Of a stretch of 64,000 nucleotides of DNA, positions 12,376-25,949 are shown one piece after another. The position numbers and the translations under genes were made by a program. Position 1 is the first letter of the stretch. Each line of letters starts with the position of its first letter. Origin of the DNA: Octopus sinensis (lineage: Eukaryota); NCBI RefSeq assembly GCF_006345805.1, contig NC_042997.1:128092001-128156000 (forward strand), given 5' to 3'. Below the pieces are notes generated by a model that worked only from the letters and a program-made list of their open reading frames with translations, had not been told where the DNA came from and did no database searches.

Positions 12376-14169
12376 TATTTTTATAGATTGTATATATATC
12401 TGTTTGGATGTATTCTTGTCTATGTGTGTGTCGACAAGTAAATATGTATCTGCCTTTACGTATCTTATCTAGATTTATGCGTGTTCGTATGCCCGTGAGT
12501 GCTTTTTCACATATGTGTGCTTTTGCGTCTGAAGAAATACGTACCCCCCCCATACACACATGCCTGTACGCTAAACTCTACACTTATCGATTATTCTTCT
12601 CCCCCTCTCATCCTACAAACTGTTGTCATATTGCATTCATTTCTAATATCTTAAAGATATTGCAAACAGCCATTACCAACGAAATTTCCATCGTCTGTAA
12701 TCTCTCTTTAATGTGCACCAGCAGATCTAGCTTTTGCAAAACTGAATCTACCGAAAGCCTACTCTGTCATATCATTCACCAGTTGACTCTCGTCTTTGGA
12801 GGAAGTGGTAGTTTTATATATGACTCAACAAAGAGCTTTCTACTGGGTCTAGCACGCGAATCTTTTGTCAAAACTTCACTTCCGTGGACTTCATCCGTCC
12901 TTTATCTCTTGTACTCGCTAAGTTCATGATAGGTTGCGCAATCGTGACCTAAGCTGATGGAGTTCTTTTTGACCCGTACTCTATCAACTCTTGTATTCCT
13001 CAAGGCTAGGGGTTCTATATCCACACTCTCCCTTCTATGCATCAATGACTTTGCTTTAACCCCCGAAAACACCTACCCACATGTAGATAAAACAAAACCC
13101 TTAATTTTTCTTTAACCTTTCATCCAAACGCGCCCTAGACACCTTAAACCACCAAGTATGCACTAGTTCCATGAACAAAGTCCTTTTGTGCCTTCAACAA
13201 TAGAAAACACACAGTTCATATAAAAAAAAATATCATTGTACCTCACAACTCAAACATTGAAAGTATTCAGAGCCCCCACAATGGCTCCTAATGTTTATTC
13301 TTAACATTCTTAATATAAGTAAGACTGAACTTTCTCTTCAGAGTCAGAAAATACTTTAGCCGTCAACAATTACTGAAAATCTACAAAGATCTGAATTTTT
13401 CTCCGGTTTGCTTTGACTAGGTTCATGCTACCTTCATTCATGCACTCTCAATTCAGTCCTCTCTCTCTCTCTTTGCTCCCCCTCTCTCTCTCTCTTTGCT
13501 CCCCCTCTCTCTCTCTCTCTCTCCTCATTACCTTTGCTGTGTTCAACAATCAGACGCTGTGAAAACTACTATACCAGTTCTTCGATATGGACCTCTGGAA
13601 TTCCCACTCAACACGTGTCACCCCAATATTTCAAGCGGTGTTTCAATATCATCCTCATCAAGAATTGGTCAATAAATAAATACCTACTAAGTGCAAAACA
13701 TTTAAGATTGCTCCAAACGTTAAAAGATTGCAAGCCCTGATAACGTCCATTCCATTACTCTCAAAGCTAGTCCATATGCTCGCCAAACTTTCAATCTTCT
13801 ACAAGAATTTATCTCTATAAGGGTCTGTCATGATTTTTGGAAACATTTCACAGTGTATACCCTCTCAAAGAAAGAAACCTGCAATCACTGCGTCCCAAAG
13901 ACTACATCTTGCCTTGTGACAGAAAATATTTCTACCCCAACAATTGCCGGCTCTCTACATAGAAAGTTCAAATTATAGCTACAATAAAGTACAGCTTCTA
14001 CACCTCGGATGGTTCCGCTGCTCTAAACATCATACACTGCATCCTAAAAAGAAGGCATCCAACTAATTATCAAAGACTCACTCACTAACATATTTCAACA
14101 CCGATGCGCTGTGTGCTCTCACCCGGCTTCTTTTATAATTACCATAACAGCTTTGAGAAGATGCATAGT

Positions 14170-14330
14170 CTAGGAGTTAGGGTGCTGCACTCACGGTTCT
14201 AAGATTACAGTTTCCGTTTTAGGACAAGATACCGCTTTGTGTTCTTGAGCAAAACATTTCACCTCATATTGCTCCAGTCTACTCAGCTTAGGAGGTAACC
14301 CTGCGACAGACCGGCGCCCCGTTCATTGAG
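14170..14330 (+). mobile_element. Diverged SINE family D
   Basis: Similar to the reverse complement of 41890-42086 (ttgtgttcttgagcaaaaca...cctgcga...ccgg). Confidence 0.55.
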
Positions 14331-17300
14331 TGTGTGGGTGATGGAGGTTGGATAATCTCAGTCACTTATACATCAAGGAACCTGGGTCAGGTTCCAGCCC
14401 TGTGAGTTCTATGCTTATGGCAGATCTAATTCTAAAAGTGATTGCAGCTTATAACAACCTGTTCACTTAGCTAACTGGCTGCATGCCACCACTTCTTTGC
14501 CTCTGATACACGTTTCTACTCCAATCCGTGATAATGTCTCAGCTTCCAAGATCAACAGCATCTATTTCATCTAATCATTCATTTCCAGTTCAGTTTTATC
14601 CCGAAGAAATAAACTTAGAGCTGATTGGTCAGACCAGTTTGAGATGACATGCGAATGTTATAAGCACTGACGCTGTCCCTTATCTAAAATATTAAAACTT
14701 CATCCTATTATATTACTGGCAATTGTTCTATCAACTTCAGAGAGATGAAAAGTAGTCAGCAACGACAGGATTTGAACACAGGCTTATAAAGTGGCAGGTA
14801 ATAACTTTCAAAGCAAAGCTTTTCTATTTACCCAACTCAATCGTCTTTACCCGTCTCTTCTGAATCACTTGGTTAACCTTTAAGAGCTGGTGTGGATTTG
14901 AGCATGAAACCAATATAATTTCCAAGCGGATTATCAAAGTAGATATTGCTGGATGTCACATGACAGATAAATGTGAGAAATTGGTATATAAGAACAGATT
15001 AGGATGGAGTTAGGATTGAAATGATGTGTCACTATAATAACATGTAGGCAGATCTCTTGTCATATTAGTGGCATTTGTAAGAAGCTGCTCGTTGACTTAC
15101 GCAACTAAGTAAATGTTGCGTTGATCGTCCGTGCTTAAATTAATACCACGTGAGAAAGAAAACATCGTTTAACTAGAATGGTTTCAGTGGATAATACACA
15201 ACTGTGAACAATGCCAATAGTGATTCTTGACATAAATGTGATTAAATATATTTGACCAATAATGACCTAATGTACATCGCGATGCCATTTACACCAAACT
15301 GCAAATACTTCTTCATTTTACCCAAGAATTGACAATGATTGAGAGATCTTTTATCATTGATTCTAGACATTTTCCCAAGTGAATTAGCAATGATAAATAT
15401 AATTCATAGACGATTAAACAACTAGAAATAACAATAGCCATTAGAACTAAGTTTTAAAGTGAACATTTTATCAGAAATTGTTTCTGGGCTTGAGAGAACA
15501 TTAATCGAATTTTAGTATTTAACTCTCTTGTTTCGGCGACTCCTCTTCAGCCATGCTGGATCACTGTGAAGATGTTTCTAGTTTTTGAAAAACATAATTT
15601 CTTTAACTAGCTACAACATCAATAATTTACAGGAGCAGAGTTGATTGGATCAACGCTAACACTTTACTCTAAAAGAGAAAAGATGACCGTCGACCCTAAA
15701 AACTTGAGAATCAAACCGAGAGGCTTGAAACGAAATACTTAAATGCATTTAGTCCGGCTACCTTTTGCGGTCATATTTTTAAAGCTAGATTGGATGGAAA
15801 ACTGCCGTAACGAAGTCTATGCTTTGCTGAGATGGTCTGACACCACAAAGTATCAGCAGTTATTTCCCGTGCTGGCCAAAGGATTAAAATAATATTAGCC
15901 AACGAGCAAATATTTTTAATTAGATGTTTTATGCCCACAACATTAAATGCGTTAACATTAACTTACTACTTTCATGCGAATGGCTCCAATAAGTAATTAA
16001 CCTCGATTATTTATTATCTATTTTTAAATATGTCATTAATATTTCTTGGAGAACCATGATCACTATCCTTTAAATCCTGAAAACTGTATTCATCCAAGAA
16101 GAAATTCCTGATAGATAAAAATACACATAAACAGAAATATATAAGATTTTTTTTGAATTTATGTTTGAAATTCTATGAAATGTGACAGAGAGTTAGGAAT
16201 GGTTTACACGCTGACATTTCACATATTATATAAATTTAAGCAACAGAAAACTCTACAAAGGAACTAGGGTAAAAACTGTTTAATAGAAATATGATATTCT
16301 TCGGATGTTCTTCCTCGTTTTCAGTGAATTAAGTATTGAAAATGACAGCAATACAAAATGCAATCAGCAAGTTAATAGCTGATCTCAATCAAATATGTCT
16401 GACAAGAGACATAACAACAGTGACAAAGTAAATTTTCTTTTACCAAACCGGCTGATTAAAGATCAGATACATCACGTTAGGATACATCAATAGTTAGAGA
16501 GTTCAAACACATTAACAGAACACTTCTTGTTCCAAGATAACCATAAGGTCTTCATCAGATAAGCTACCTTGCTTTTGAACTTTACGGCTTTATAAACATA
16601 GTTCTGTTTACATTTCTTTCTCTACCCGGTTGGTATAAAGATACGAAGACAATATCAATCCGTTATAGACACTATTTCCACGAAACTGTAAACTTTGTTC
16701 AAAATGAAAGAGTAAAAGATTTCTTAATTACGTATGAAACCATAAGAAACATATAAGAGTAATCTGCGTCGGCAAAGTATAGCTCTACTTAAAAGCTCCA
16801 TAATAACTTAAGAAAACAGAAAGTAATAAACTACAAATCTGTCTAAATGCTGTAGGATATTTTATAAAGATGTAAACAGTCTGCATATGACAGGATAAAT
16901 TTTATTGGATTCTTCCTTGACCATTTCTTTAAACATATCTATTAACGCTAACAAAATGGATGTGGTTACAATTGTGATTATTCAAAAATCGATAACAAAA
17001 TTTCACGAAAAATGTTCAAGTAAACATTACAAAACTCGTGTGCCTTTGTTACCACCGCTGCAGTTGTTATTGTTGTTGTTGTCGTCGTTGCTGCTGTTGT
17101 TGCTGCTGTTTTCGACTAAACAAAGAGAAAAACACCGGAGAATAAGACAATTTATCATTGCTGAATATCGATGTGGTGGGTAGTAATGAGGCAAACTTCT
17201 ATACTACAGAACAGAGACATTGTCACATTACAGACGTAGTTAGTAGTATGACGTAGATCAGCATTGATGGAGCAGACTTATGCAACAGAATCGTTCCAAC

Positions 17301-17401
17301 CGTGACAATGTCATAGAAATAATGTAGGACTACATTATCCAGTGTGTCGTTTACTTATCAAAGACGGCAAGATGTGATTTTATAGAAATATGGGTGGTAT
17401 A

Positions 17402-17826
17402 GGCGCAGGAGTGGCTGTGTGGTAAGTAGCTTGATTACCAATCACATGATTCCGGGTTCAGTCCCACTGCGTGGCAACTTGGGCAAGTGTCTTCTACTAT
17501 AGCCTCGGGCCGACCAAAGCCTTGTGAGTGGATTTGGTAGACGGAAACTGAAAGAAGCCCGTCGTATATCTGTATAGGTATAGATATATATAAATATGTA
17601 TGTGTGCGTGTGTATGTTTGTGTGTCTGTGTTTGTACCCCCAACATCGCTTGACAACCGATACTGGTGTATTTACGTCCCCGTAACTTAGCGGTTCGGCA
17701 AAAGATACCGATAGAATAAGTGCTAGGCTTACAAAGAATAAGTCCTGGGGTCGATTTGCTCGACTAAAGGTGATGTTCCAGCATGGCCACAATCAAATGA
17801 CTGAAACAAGTAAAAGAGTAAAAGAG
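17402..17826 (+). mobile_element. tRNA-headed CORE-like SINE family A, full length, internal microsatellite
   Basis: A-box tggctgtgtggtaag, B-box ggttcagtccc, CORE-like cttgggcaagtgtctt, internal (TA)/(TG) tract, tail ending gtaaaagag; at least 6 near-full copies in window. Confidence 0.92.
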
Positions 17827-18164
17827 TTATTTCTAACCGGTTGAGCGACCACATACGGCTTCTGTCGTTAGCTTGATGATGAACAGAAACAAAAGGCTAA
17901 CAGCCACTATTAGCAACTCTCAAAGAAAAGGGAAGATAATTCCTTGAAATTAAAACTTATTCCATCAAAGTTGATTTATATGCTTTTGAGGAAGTTTCAT
18001 CTTTGCAGGTAAAAGAGAACGATGGACATGTTTTTGTCTATTAAACCTTATCAGGAAAGTATATCCATTCAGCTGAAGTATACCTAATCAGATGGCAAGA
18101 ATTTTTACATACAGGAAAAGAGTCAAGAATAATTTTTAGATATTATGACTTACATAATTAAATA

Positions 18165-19117
18165 TATTGGGTCATCCCATAAATAATACGGTTTCTAAAT
18201 ACTTCTTTTATGTTTCAAAATTAAGATAAATAATGTTCTTTTCTAATCTAAAATATACTCGCATTCATTATCTACAATGCTCTTCCATCTATCTGGTAGA
18301 CTTGCAAGGACCCTCTTCCAAAATTCACTTGTTCGTGACGAAAAATACTCCACTAATGTTCTGACCGCGTCTACGGAATTCATACTTTTTCCGTCCACAT
18401 GATTTTGAAGACTGGAATAAATGATAAGCTGATGAGGCAATGTCCGGCGAATATTGTGGATGGCGGATCGTTTCCCATTCAAACTGCTCTGGCTTTTGGA
18501 ATGTCAACCACGCTGCTGTATGTGGCTGAGCATTATCCTGATAGAACACCTTTCGTCTTGAAACCAAAGATTGATAGAACACCTTTCGTCTTGAAACCAA
18601 AGATGGTAGTTTTTCTTCTAGCGCTGACTTGAATGACTGGTTGAATGAGCAAATTCAAGCTTCTCTGCTAGTTCCTCAACAGTAATGATGAGATTTCGTT
18701 CCACCAGGGTTTGCAGGACGTCTTCGTCGAGCTCTACAGATCTTCCGGGATGAGGCTCGTCTTCTACGTTGTAGTTTCCAGCTCAGAATTTCTGAAATCA
18801 CAGTTGAGACTGGCTTACGCTCATCCTCCGATCCCCATATACTGCATTAATAATTTTACACTTTCCGTTGCGTCGTTGTCTTTATTGAACTCATAAAACA
18901 AAATAAGCCGAATATGCTCCTTTGTCACTTCCATTATAGCTTTGAAAAAATAATTGTTGAAGTCGAACTGCACTCTTCAAAACTTGCACTAAGAATAAGG
19001 AAAAGCTAAAATTACTACATGCTTTTATAGCAAGTTGATGCAGGTAGTTTATTCCACCCCGCTCCGACTTTTTAGCAATTGAAAAAAAAACCGCATCATT
19101 TATGGGGTGACTCAATA
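18165..19117 (-). mobile_element. Internally deleted mariner element with ~28-bp TIRs and TA TSD
   Basis: TIRs tattgggtcatcccataaataatacggtt / aaccgcatcatttatggggtgactcaata. Minus strand has MEVTKEHIRLILFYEFNK...EDEPHPGR and YQDNAQPH...HPQYSPDIASSAYHLF; the central part is missing. Confidence 0.92.
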
Positions 19118-19129
19118 TAATTCGCCATT

Positions 19130-19342
19130 CTCTTTACTCTCTTTTACTTGTTTCAGTCATTTTGACTGTGGTCATGCTGAAGCACCGCATTTAGTCGAGC
19201 AAATCGACCCCGGGACTTATTCTTTGTAAGCCTAGTACTTATTCTATCATTGTGTTTTGCCGAACCGCTAAGTTACGGGGACGTAAACACACCAGCATCG
19301 GTTGTCAAACGATGTTGGGGGGGGACAAACACAGACACACAA

Positions 19343-19423
<81 letters not shown>

Positions 19424-19591
19424 CATATATACGACGGGCTTCTTTCAGTTTCCGTTTACCAAATCCACTCACAAGGCTTTGGTCGGCCCGAGGCTATAGT
19501 AGAAAACACTTGCCCAAGGTGCCACGTAGTGGGACTGATCCCAGAGCAATGTGTTTGGTAAGCATGCTACTTACCACACAGCCACTCCTAC
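19130..19591 (-). mobile_element. SINE family A
   Basis: Reverse complement of the 17402-17826 family, with a longer internal (CA)(TA) tract. Confidence 0.92.
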
Positions 19592-19699
19592 GGAGAAATA
19601 ATTTTAATTAGTCAATGGCATGACTTAATGTATGCAAGAAAGTTTGTTGTTTGAGAAGAAATGTGTTTCTGTTTTTCCTTCCTGTCTTCTAGTATAATT

Positions 19700-19830
19700 T
19701 TCATATCTTGGGGGCTTTCAGGGATATTAAACCGAACCCTATTTGCCAGGTATTTTATATTATGGATCCTGAAAGATGAAAAACAAAGTCGACCTCGGCG
19801 GTAATTGAACTCAGAACCGAATGAGTTGTA
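19700..19830 (-). mobile_element. SINE family B fragment
   Basis: gaaagatgaaaaacaaagtcgacctcggcggtaattgaactcagaac core. Confidence 0.7.
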
Positions 19831-20473
19831 AAGAAATACTACAGGCAATGTTTTAGCTTCAATACTGATAAAATATTTGGTAACATTTAACCTTAGTCTC
19901 ATACTCAATTGTTTATCCCATTAACGTGGCTGTTATTTCTAATACATCAAACAAGAAGACAGCAGATACATTCCTTCAGATAACACTATCGTAATGATTC
20001 TCAATCTTTTTGACTTCGAAATGCACCGGAGATAAAAGTAACAAAAAAAAAAAAAAATACTGGTGTACGTCACATCGGAAGCTTTTTTTTTTTTTCTTTT
20101 TTCAGTTAATTTAGAAAAATATTTTTTTAAAAAGTAGCACTTATCTCGTTTTCTGAAACATACTTGTAGTTAACACAATTATAAACAACATTTTTCAAGA
20201 CACTTCTAGCATTAATATAGGTTTCTCGAACATTTTCAATTGTGTTTTTTTTTTAAAATTCGTAGCACGCCTCCGTTTCCGATGTTGCTTAATGATGCGC
20301 CGATGAGCGCGGTTTGAGAACACTTGCTATACGCTCTTAAAAAAAGGGGGATACGAATTGAACAATGTTGTTTTAAATAAACAAAAAAAAAAAAAATAGA
20401 TGTGATAGTCACTGTTGTAACACATTTGATTATGCAACTGTTCAGTCAGGGGTGGCCTGGAACAACAACTCTA

Positions 20474-20665
20474 GTGGAAGCGCAATGGGTCAGTGGTTAG
20501 GGCAGTGGACTCGCAGTCGTAAGAACGCGGTTTCGATTCTCAGACTGGGCATTGTGCGTGTTTATTTAGCAAAAACACCTAAGCTCCACGAAGCTCCGGC
20601 GGGTGGGGTCGGGGTGAACCCATCTGTACTCTTTCACCATAACTTTCTCTCGCTCTTTCTTCCTA
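20474..20665 (+). mobile_element. SINE family C, 5' part
   Basis: tRNA-like head (cagtggttagggcag...ggtttcgattc); homologous to 24932-25110. Confidence 0.8.
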
Positions 20666-21999
20666 CTTCTGCCACAAAGCAGAGAAACCATGGTGTAACC
20701 CACTATGGTGTGGTAAACTTTCAGACCCTAGTCTAGATTGCGAATCCTCTGTACCCCAGGATGTTTCAGCTTTCCACCCGTTAAAAGCCACCATTTACGG
20801 AATGAGGATAACAACGTAGCTTCCGCGCCCGTGCAACCGCCAATTTATCGCATGTGGTGGGTGGATCTTCAAGTTGCCGCACGCATTCTTAGTAGCTTAG
20901 AGTAGGCTCGAATTAGAGATTATTCTTTGTGGCTAATGGCGTGAATTCTGATTGGAAGAAGAAGAACAACAACAACTCTATACTTATTTTATTACTTGGT
21001 ATTACTTTTATATTTAAAAAAAACGGGGTCTGTGAATTGGTAGAACTGTTAAAACGCCGGGCAAAATATCTTGCATTTAGTTGTAGCCCTTTACTTTCTG
21101 TATTCAAATCCTAACGAAGTAACTTTGCTTTGGATCCTTCCAACGTTGATAAAATAAAATGCTAAACAATACTGGGTTGATTTAATCATCCACTAAATTT
21201 GTGGTCTTATTCTTATATTAGATTAATTCATAGATTTATGAAAAATTATTGCTACAAGAAAAGAAGGATGACTATGAGATTAAGAGAAAAGATTCACTTG
21301 TCAAATGGAGAAAGTCAAGAAAACAAAGAGAGGAAAGATGTAAGGGTGAATGAAGCAAACTCACGAAGCCCAATGAAAAACATTACCTCTAGACACAAAT
21401 TCGTATACAACACTCAGGAATAGCATTAGCCTTGACAAATATAAAACATACATACACACATAAACATCTGTAACATCAACCAAGCGTTATGCTGGTTTTC
21501 ATAGCTACTAATATAATAATTGCTGAAGAGTATCAATTTCCAATTGTTTCGACCTCGTCCGCTTCGACTGTGACCACCAGTACGATCTACAGGCCGGCTG
21601 AAATAGACTGGACAGTGGAGAGAGTGTAACATAACGAGACTGTTACACTATACTCCATATTAATCATTGGTGAAAGGAAATAAAATGAAATATCAGGAAG
21701 GAAAAAATAACTCATGTAAAGTAAAATAGATATTACGATTTTTGCTGGGAAAATAAGTCAATGGAAAAAGAACACACTTCATTTAAATACCATAAATAAT
21801 ACGTAAAAGAATTAAGCAATTAATATTTGTACACTATAACTCAGTTTAAATAATGTCATTTCTGTTTTTTTTTTGAGTTCTAGGACTGATAAGGCCAGTT
21901 ACCCGGTTTCCATGGCGTATATGTAACCGAAATCACATCATTCTTCCTAAACGGGTGCCGCTCCGTTGCAGGGTTCATGACAAGCAATTTTAGGTGAGT

Positions 22000-22172
22000 G
22001 GGGCAAGTGGATTACATCAACCCCAGTACTTAACTGATACTTTAATTTAAGCTCTCCGACCCCAAAGGTAAAGTTGACATCGCAGAGATTTGAACTCAGA
22101 ACTTGAAGAGCTGAGAGAAATGCCGCTAAGAATTTTGTCCGTTTTGCTAACGATTCCGCCAGTTCTCCACCT
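22000..22172 (-). mobile_element. Diverged SINE family B-like copy
   Basis: gattacatcaaccccagtact...aaagttgacatcgcagagatttgaactcagaac...gctaacgattccgccag. Confidence 0.65.
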
Positions 22173-22294
22173 TAGACGTAAATAAACAAATTACGTTTCA
22201 TTCAGTACCTTAAACAATGAAGCAGAAAAGTATTAAAGGAGTTACTTACTTGCTCTCTCTCTCTCTCTCTCTCTCTCGCTCTCTCTCTCTCTCT

Positions 22295-22678
22295 TACTCT
22301 CTCTTTTACTCTCTTAATTGTTTCAGTCATTTGAAATGGCCATGCTGGAGCACCGCTAAGTTACGGGGACGTAAACACACCAGCATCAGTTGTCAAGCGA
22401 TGTTGGGGGGACAAACACAGACACACAAACATACACACACACACACAAACACACATACATACATACATACATACATACATACATACATACATGCATGCAT
22501 ACATACATACATATATATACGACGGGCTTCTTTCAGTTTCCGTCTACCAAATCCACTCACAAAGCTTTGGTCGGCCCGAGGCTATAGTGGAAGATGTTTG
22601 CCCAAGGCGCCACACAGTGGGACTGAACCCGGAACCATGTGGTTGGTAAGCAAGCTACTTACCTGACAGCCATTCCTG
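22295..22678 (-). mobile_element. SINE family A (internal (CATA)n tract)
   Basis: Reverse complement of family A, with a deletion in the tail half. Confidence 0.9.
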
Positions 22679-23229
22679 AAGTTTTTCTGTAACTTTTTCT
22701 TGTGAATTTTTTTTCCTGGATTCGATTCATCACTATATGTTCGGAGTATACATCTTGGTCCTTCCTTCAGCAGAAAAAAACACCTAGATCTATACGTCAC
22801 ATCTGGTTATTTGACCAATTACTAGTCTGTTATAAGTTTGGTCAATCAGAGCCACACAATAAAAGTAACCCATATTCAAACGAAAGCATGCATATGCAGT
22901 TAAGTGTGACTCTGTGAACATTGTCTCGGAAAGTGGAAGAGAAATATGAAACATCTTGAACACTTTCATCTTTCAAAATATCCATTGTAATCAAGATTGA
23001 GTAATATATGATGATGTATAAACTGCAGTCTGCGTCAACGGGGCATTTCAGCGAAAATGTAACAGGAGAAAAAGAAGTAAACGAGCAAGAATGTATTGTA
23101 TATATTTCTTAAAGTTATACACTGTAGGAAGAAATGGAGAATGTGTTTGCCATTTCAAGCAGTGGTCCTTTGACAGGAAAAGTGAGAGGAACAGAGGAAA
23201 AAAATGAGGAAGGAACAAAATGTATGTAA

Positions 23230-24890
23230 TTTCATGTCTCGCATAGAGAAAATGTAGATGGAAGAGAAAGAGGTATATTAAGCAATAGTGTGTTACTAGA
23301 GAGATGAGTGAAATATAAATAATCAGAAATATTGTGCGATGTATGAAGGTTAAAGATAGCTACATATATGTGTACGGAACCTGTGCATATTATATAGTTC
23401 CATGATTTCTCTTTGAGTAATATGTATAGTAATACTTTCTGTATGGGTATGTGAACGTATGTTGTTAGAAGGCAAGTCAGTTGCTCAAATCGAGTGGTTG
23501 TGTTGTGCCAAGGCGTATGATTAGGTGTTGTTCGCATAAAAACCGAAATAGGAGAGAACAGTAGTGTATGACAATGCTGTAATTGGAGACATGAAAAAAA
23601 GCGTCTGATTAAATGAGTTGTAGTGGCGAGCTACATATTATCGGGCGTTGTTTCGTCTAACATCTGGAAGACGTTCCTTTAACCGATATGTTAGTTAGTC
23701 TCTTCTACACACAGACGACTGCACCTGATGGTGCAAGTGAACCGGTTAATGACGTATAGGGAGTTGTTAGTTGCTGTTAAGGAAAAAGTGCTGAGAAAGA
23801 TGGGGCAGATGTAGCAAAAAGTAAAAGCAGTAAACAAGGGATCGTGGTTTATTGTGTAAAAAGAGGAAGAATTACGGACTTGCCCGCTGTGTAGATTGCC
23901 GGTACGTCTGAAGGAGAGGAGGGAATATTTGGGGAAAAAGGTAGGAAGTAGCATCAAAATATTGAAGAAAACTAAAGCACTGTTAGGTAATGCACTGAAG
24001 TAACGCTATAGGGTAATGGATAAGGAGAAAAGGAAGGTGGTTTGTGACAGAAGATCGACATCATGGGCACGGAAGCAAGCAGTATCGACTACTTCTTGAA
24101 GATAGCTGCGTCGTGCAAAGTGGCGAGACATAAACTGAGATTTGGTCTCAAAGTCGGGATCGTGGCTACAGAGGCACAGAAGGGATGGAAATGGGAGGAG
24201 AGGATAGCATATTTGGCATGAGTGGGGTAACTTAAGATAAAATTGAGGTTACAGTGGGAGTTTCTAGGTTTGTACAACTGTTAAAGATGGAGATGGTGAG
24301 GTTTAGGATGGCCTATGGAACCGAAGATGTCCAAAAAGTTGTCAAATGTGGTGGAAATGATGGATATGAATTCTAGGACAGGAAAAAAGAGATAATGAAA
24401 GTGACGAAAGTATTGAGCTGTCCGCTGGCGAGAGTCAGGCGACGATACATGAATATGATAAATCTAGAACCCTATAGTGAGTCCAATGAATTGTGTAAGG
24501 ATCTGAGCTTCAAAAAATAATTTAGTTAGTTGGGGCTCATCTCAGCAAATAATTAGTTGGGGCGCATTTCAACAAATAAGTGTAGTTGGCGGTGGGGGGA
24601 CGAGGGCTGCACCAACAAATAATTTAGTGTAGTTGGGTGGTCCATCCCAGTTCTCATGGCTACCGGAGTGACATACAGACAGACACCCAACCCTAGTGGA
24701 AAAAAGACACAGTTAAGGTTAAGGACGAATTCAACCAGACGGGGAGAGGATAGTAGAGCTGTTGGCATCAACAATAGTGCCATTGTCGAGAAATATCTGA
24801 GGGTCAAGACACCATCGATATATCGATATGCGGGTGAGAGTGTATAGGGATTAACTACAAAACAATGAGACACATTTTGCTGCACAAAAT
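23230..24890 (-). mobile_element. Decayed Neptune-type Penelope-like element (RT, thumb, GIY-YIG remnants)
   Basis: Minus strand VAMRTGM..PNY (RT5), YKPRNSH, LCSHDPDFETKSQFMSRHF, NRFTCT; colinear with 52290-55630. Confidence 0.8.
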
Positions 24891-24931
24891 ACCAGTTTTA
24901 TTTGATTGTTGCCGCTTATTTGTTCTTTAGT

Positions 24932-25430
24932 GGATGCGCAATAGCCCAGTGGTTAGGGCAGCGGAATCGCGGTCGTAGGATCGCGGTTTCGATTCCCAGA
25001 CCGGGCATTGTGAGTGTTTATTGAGCGAAAACACCTAAAGCTCCACGAGGCTCCGGCAAGGGGTGGTGGTGAACCCTGCTGTACTCTTTCACCACAACTT
25101 TCTCTCACTCTTTCTTCCTGTACCTATTGTACCTGTATTTCAAAGGGCCAGCCTTGTCACACTCTGTGTCCTGCTGAATCTCCCCGAGAACTATGTTAAG
25201 GGTACGTGTCTGTGGAGTGCTCAGCCATCTGCACGTTAATAAATGAGCTGCGACGTCACTGGTACCAAGCTGTATCGGCCTTTGCCTTTCCCTTGGATAA
25301 CATCGGTGGTGTGGAGAGGGGAGGCTGGTATGCGTGGGCGACTGCTGGTCTTCCATAAACAATCTTGCCCAGACTTGTGCCTCGGAAGGTAACTTTCTAG
25401 GTACAATCCCATGGTCATTCATGACCGAAG
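24932..25430 (+). mobile_element. SINE family C, long copy
   Basis: tRNA-like head shared with 20474; part of the body (cccttggataacatcggt) recurs inverted near 10920-10950. Confidence 0.8.
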
Positions 25431-25949
25431 GGTCACAACAATTTGGTCTTTACCAAATATACCCTGCTGGCTGTGGTTGATATACTGCTCTGTGTGCTTT
25501 ATCCAAATTTTCCTTAATCAGGTTGTGATTTCATGAAGATTTGGTTGCTATTTCTAGCAGTTCGGGTGGTCACACAGAGACTTTTGTTAGAAAGAATTGA
25601 TAAACCGGCTTCTATTTACATGGTTTCATATCATGAAACCTTGAATTTAATTAGCCAAACTGTGTAAAGGATAACAAATTTAATGATCTCATCAACTGTA
25701 CCCAACTGAGACATCAAACTTGACGAAGCTATGTGCCATGCGTAAAGAGACAATGTCCGATGCTAGTTAGAAATCAAAGATACACAGAGAATTATCTAGA
25801 AATACAGTTGATTGCTAATTATTTAGAAACGGCTTTTTTCTTCTCCTCTGTGACATCCGACGTCACTTATGACAGTACATGCTCTTACACATGCTGCCCA
25901 GCACACACGGATACCTACATACAGGCGTACGTACAAACATGCACATATC

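Noticed and set aside
12600-14050. Possible decayed LINE (CR1- or RTE-like) on the minus strand
   Set aside because: Only weak, mutually inconsistent motif hints (KVIDA...PSLEEYKS; GHDCATYH); cannot be classified by eye.
17402-17475. tRNA genes at SINE heads
   Set aside because: A/B boxes are present but run into SINE bodies without a complete cloverleaf; these are SINE promoters.
19991-20326. Possible hAT MITE (taatgattctcaa ... ttgagaacacttg)
   Set aside because: TIR match is imperfect and no clear TSD is seen.
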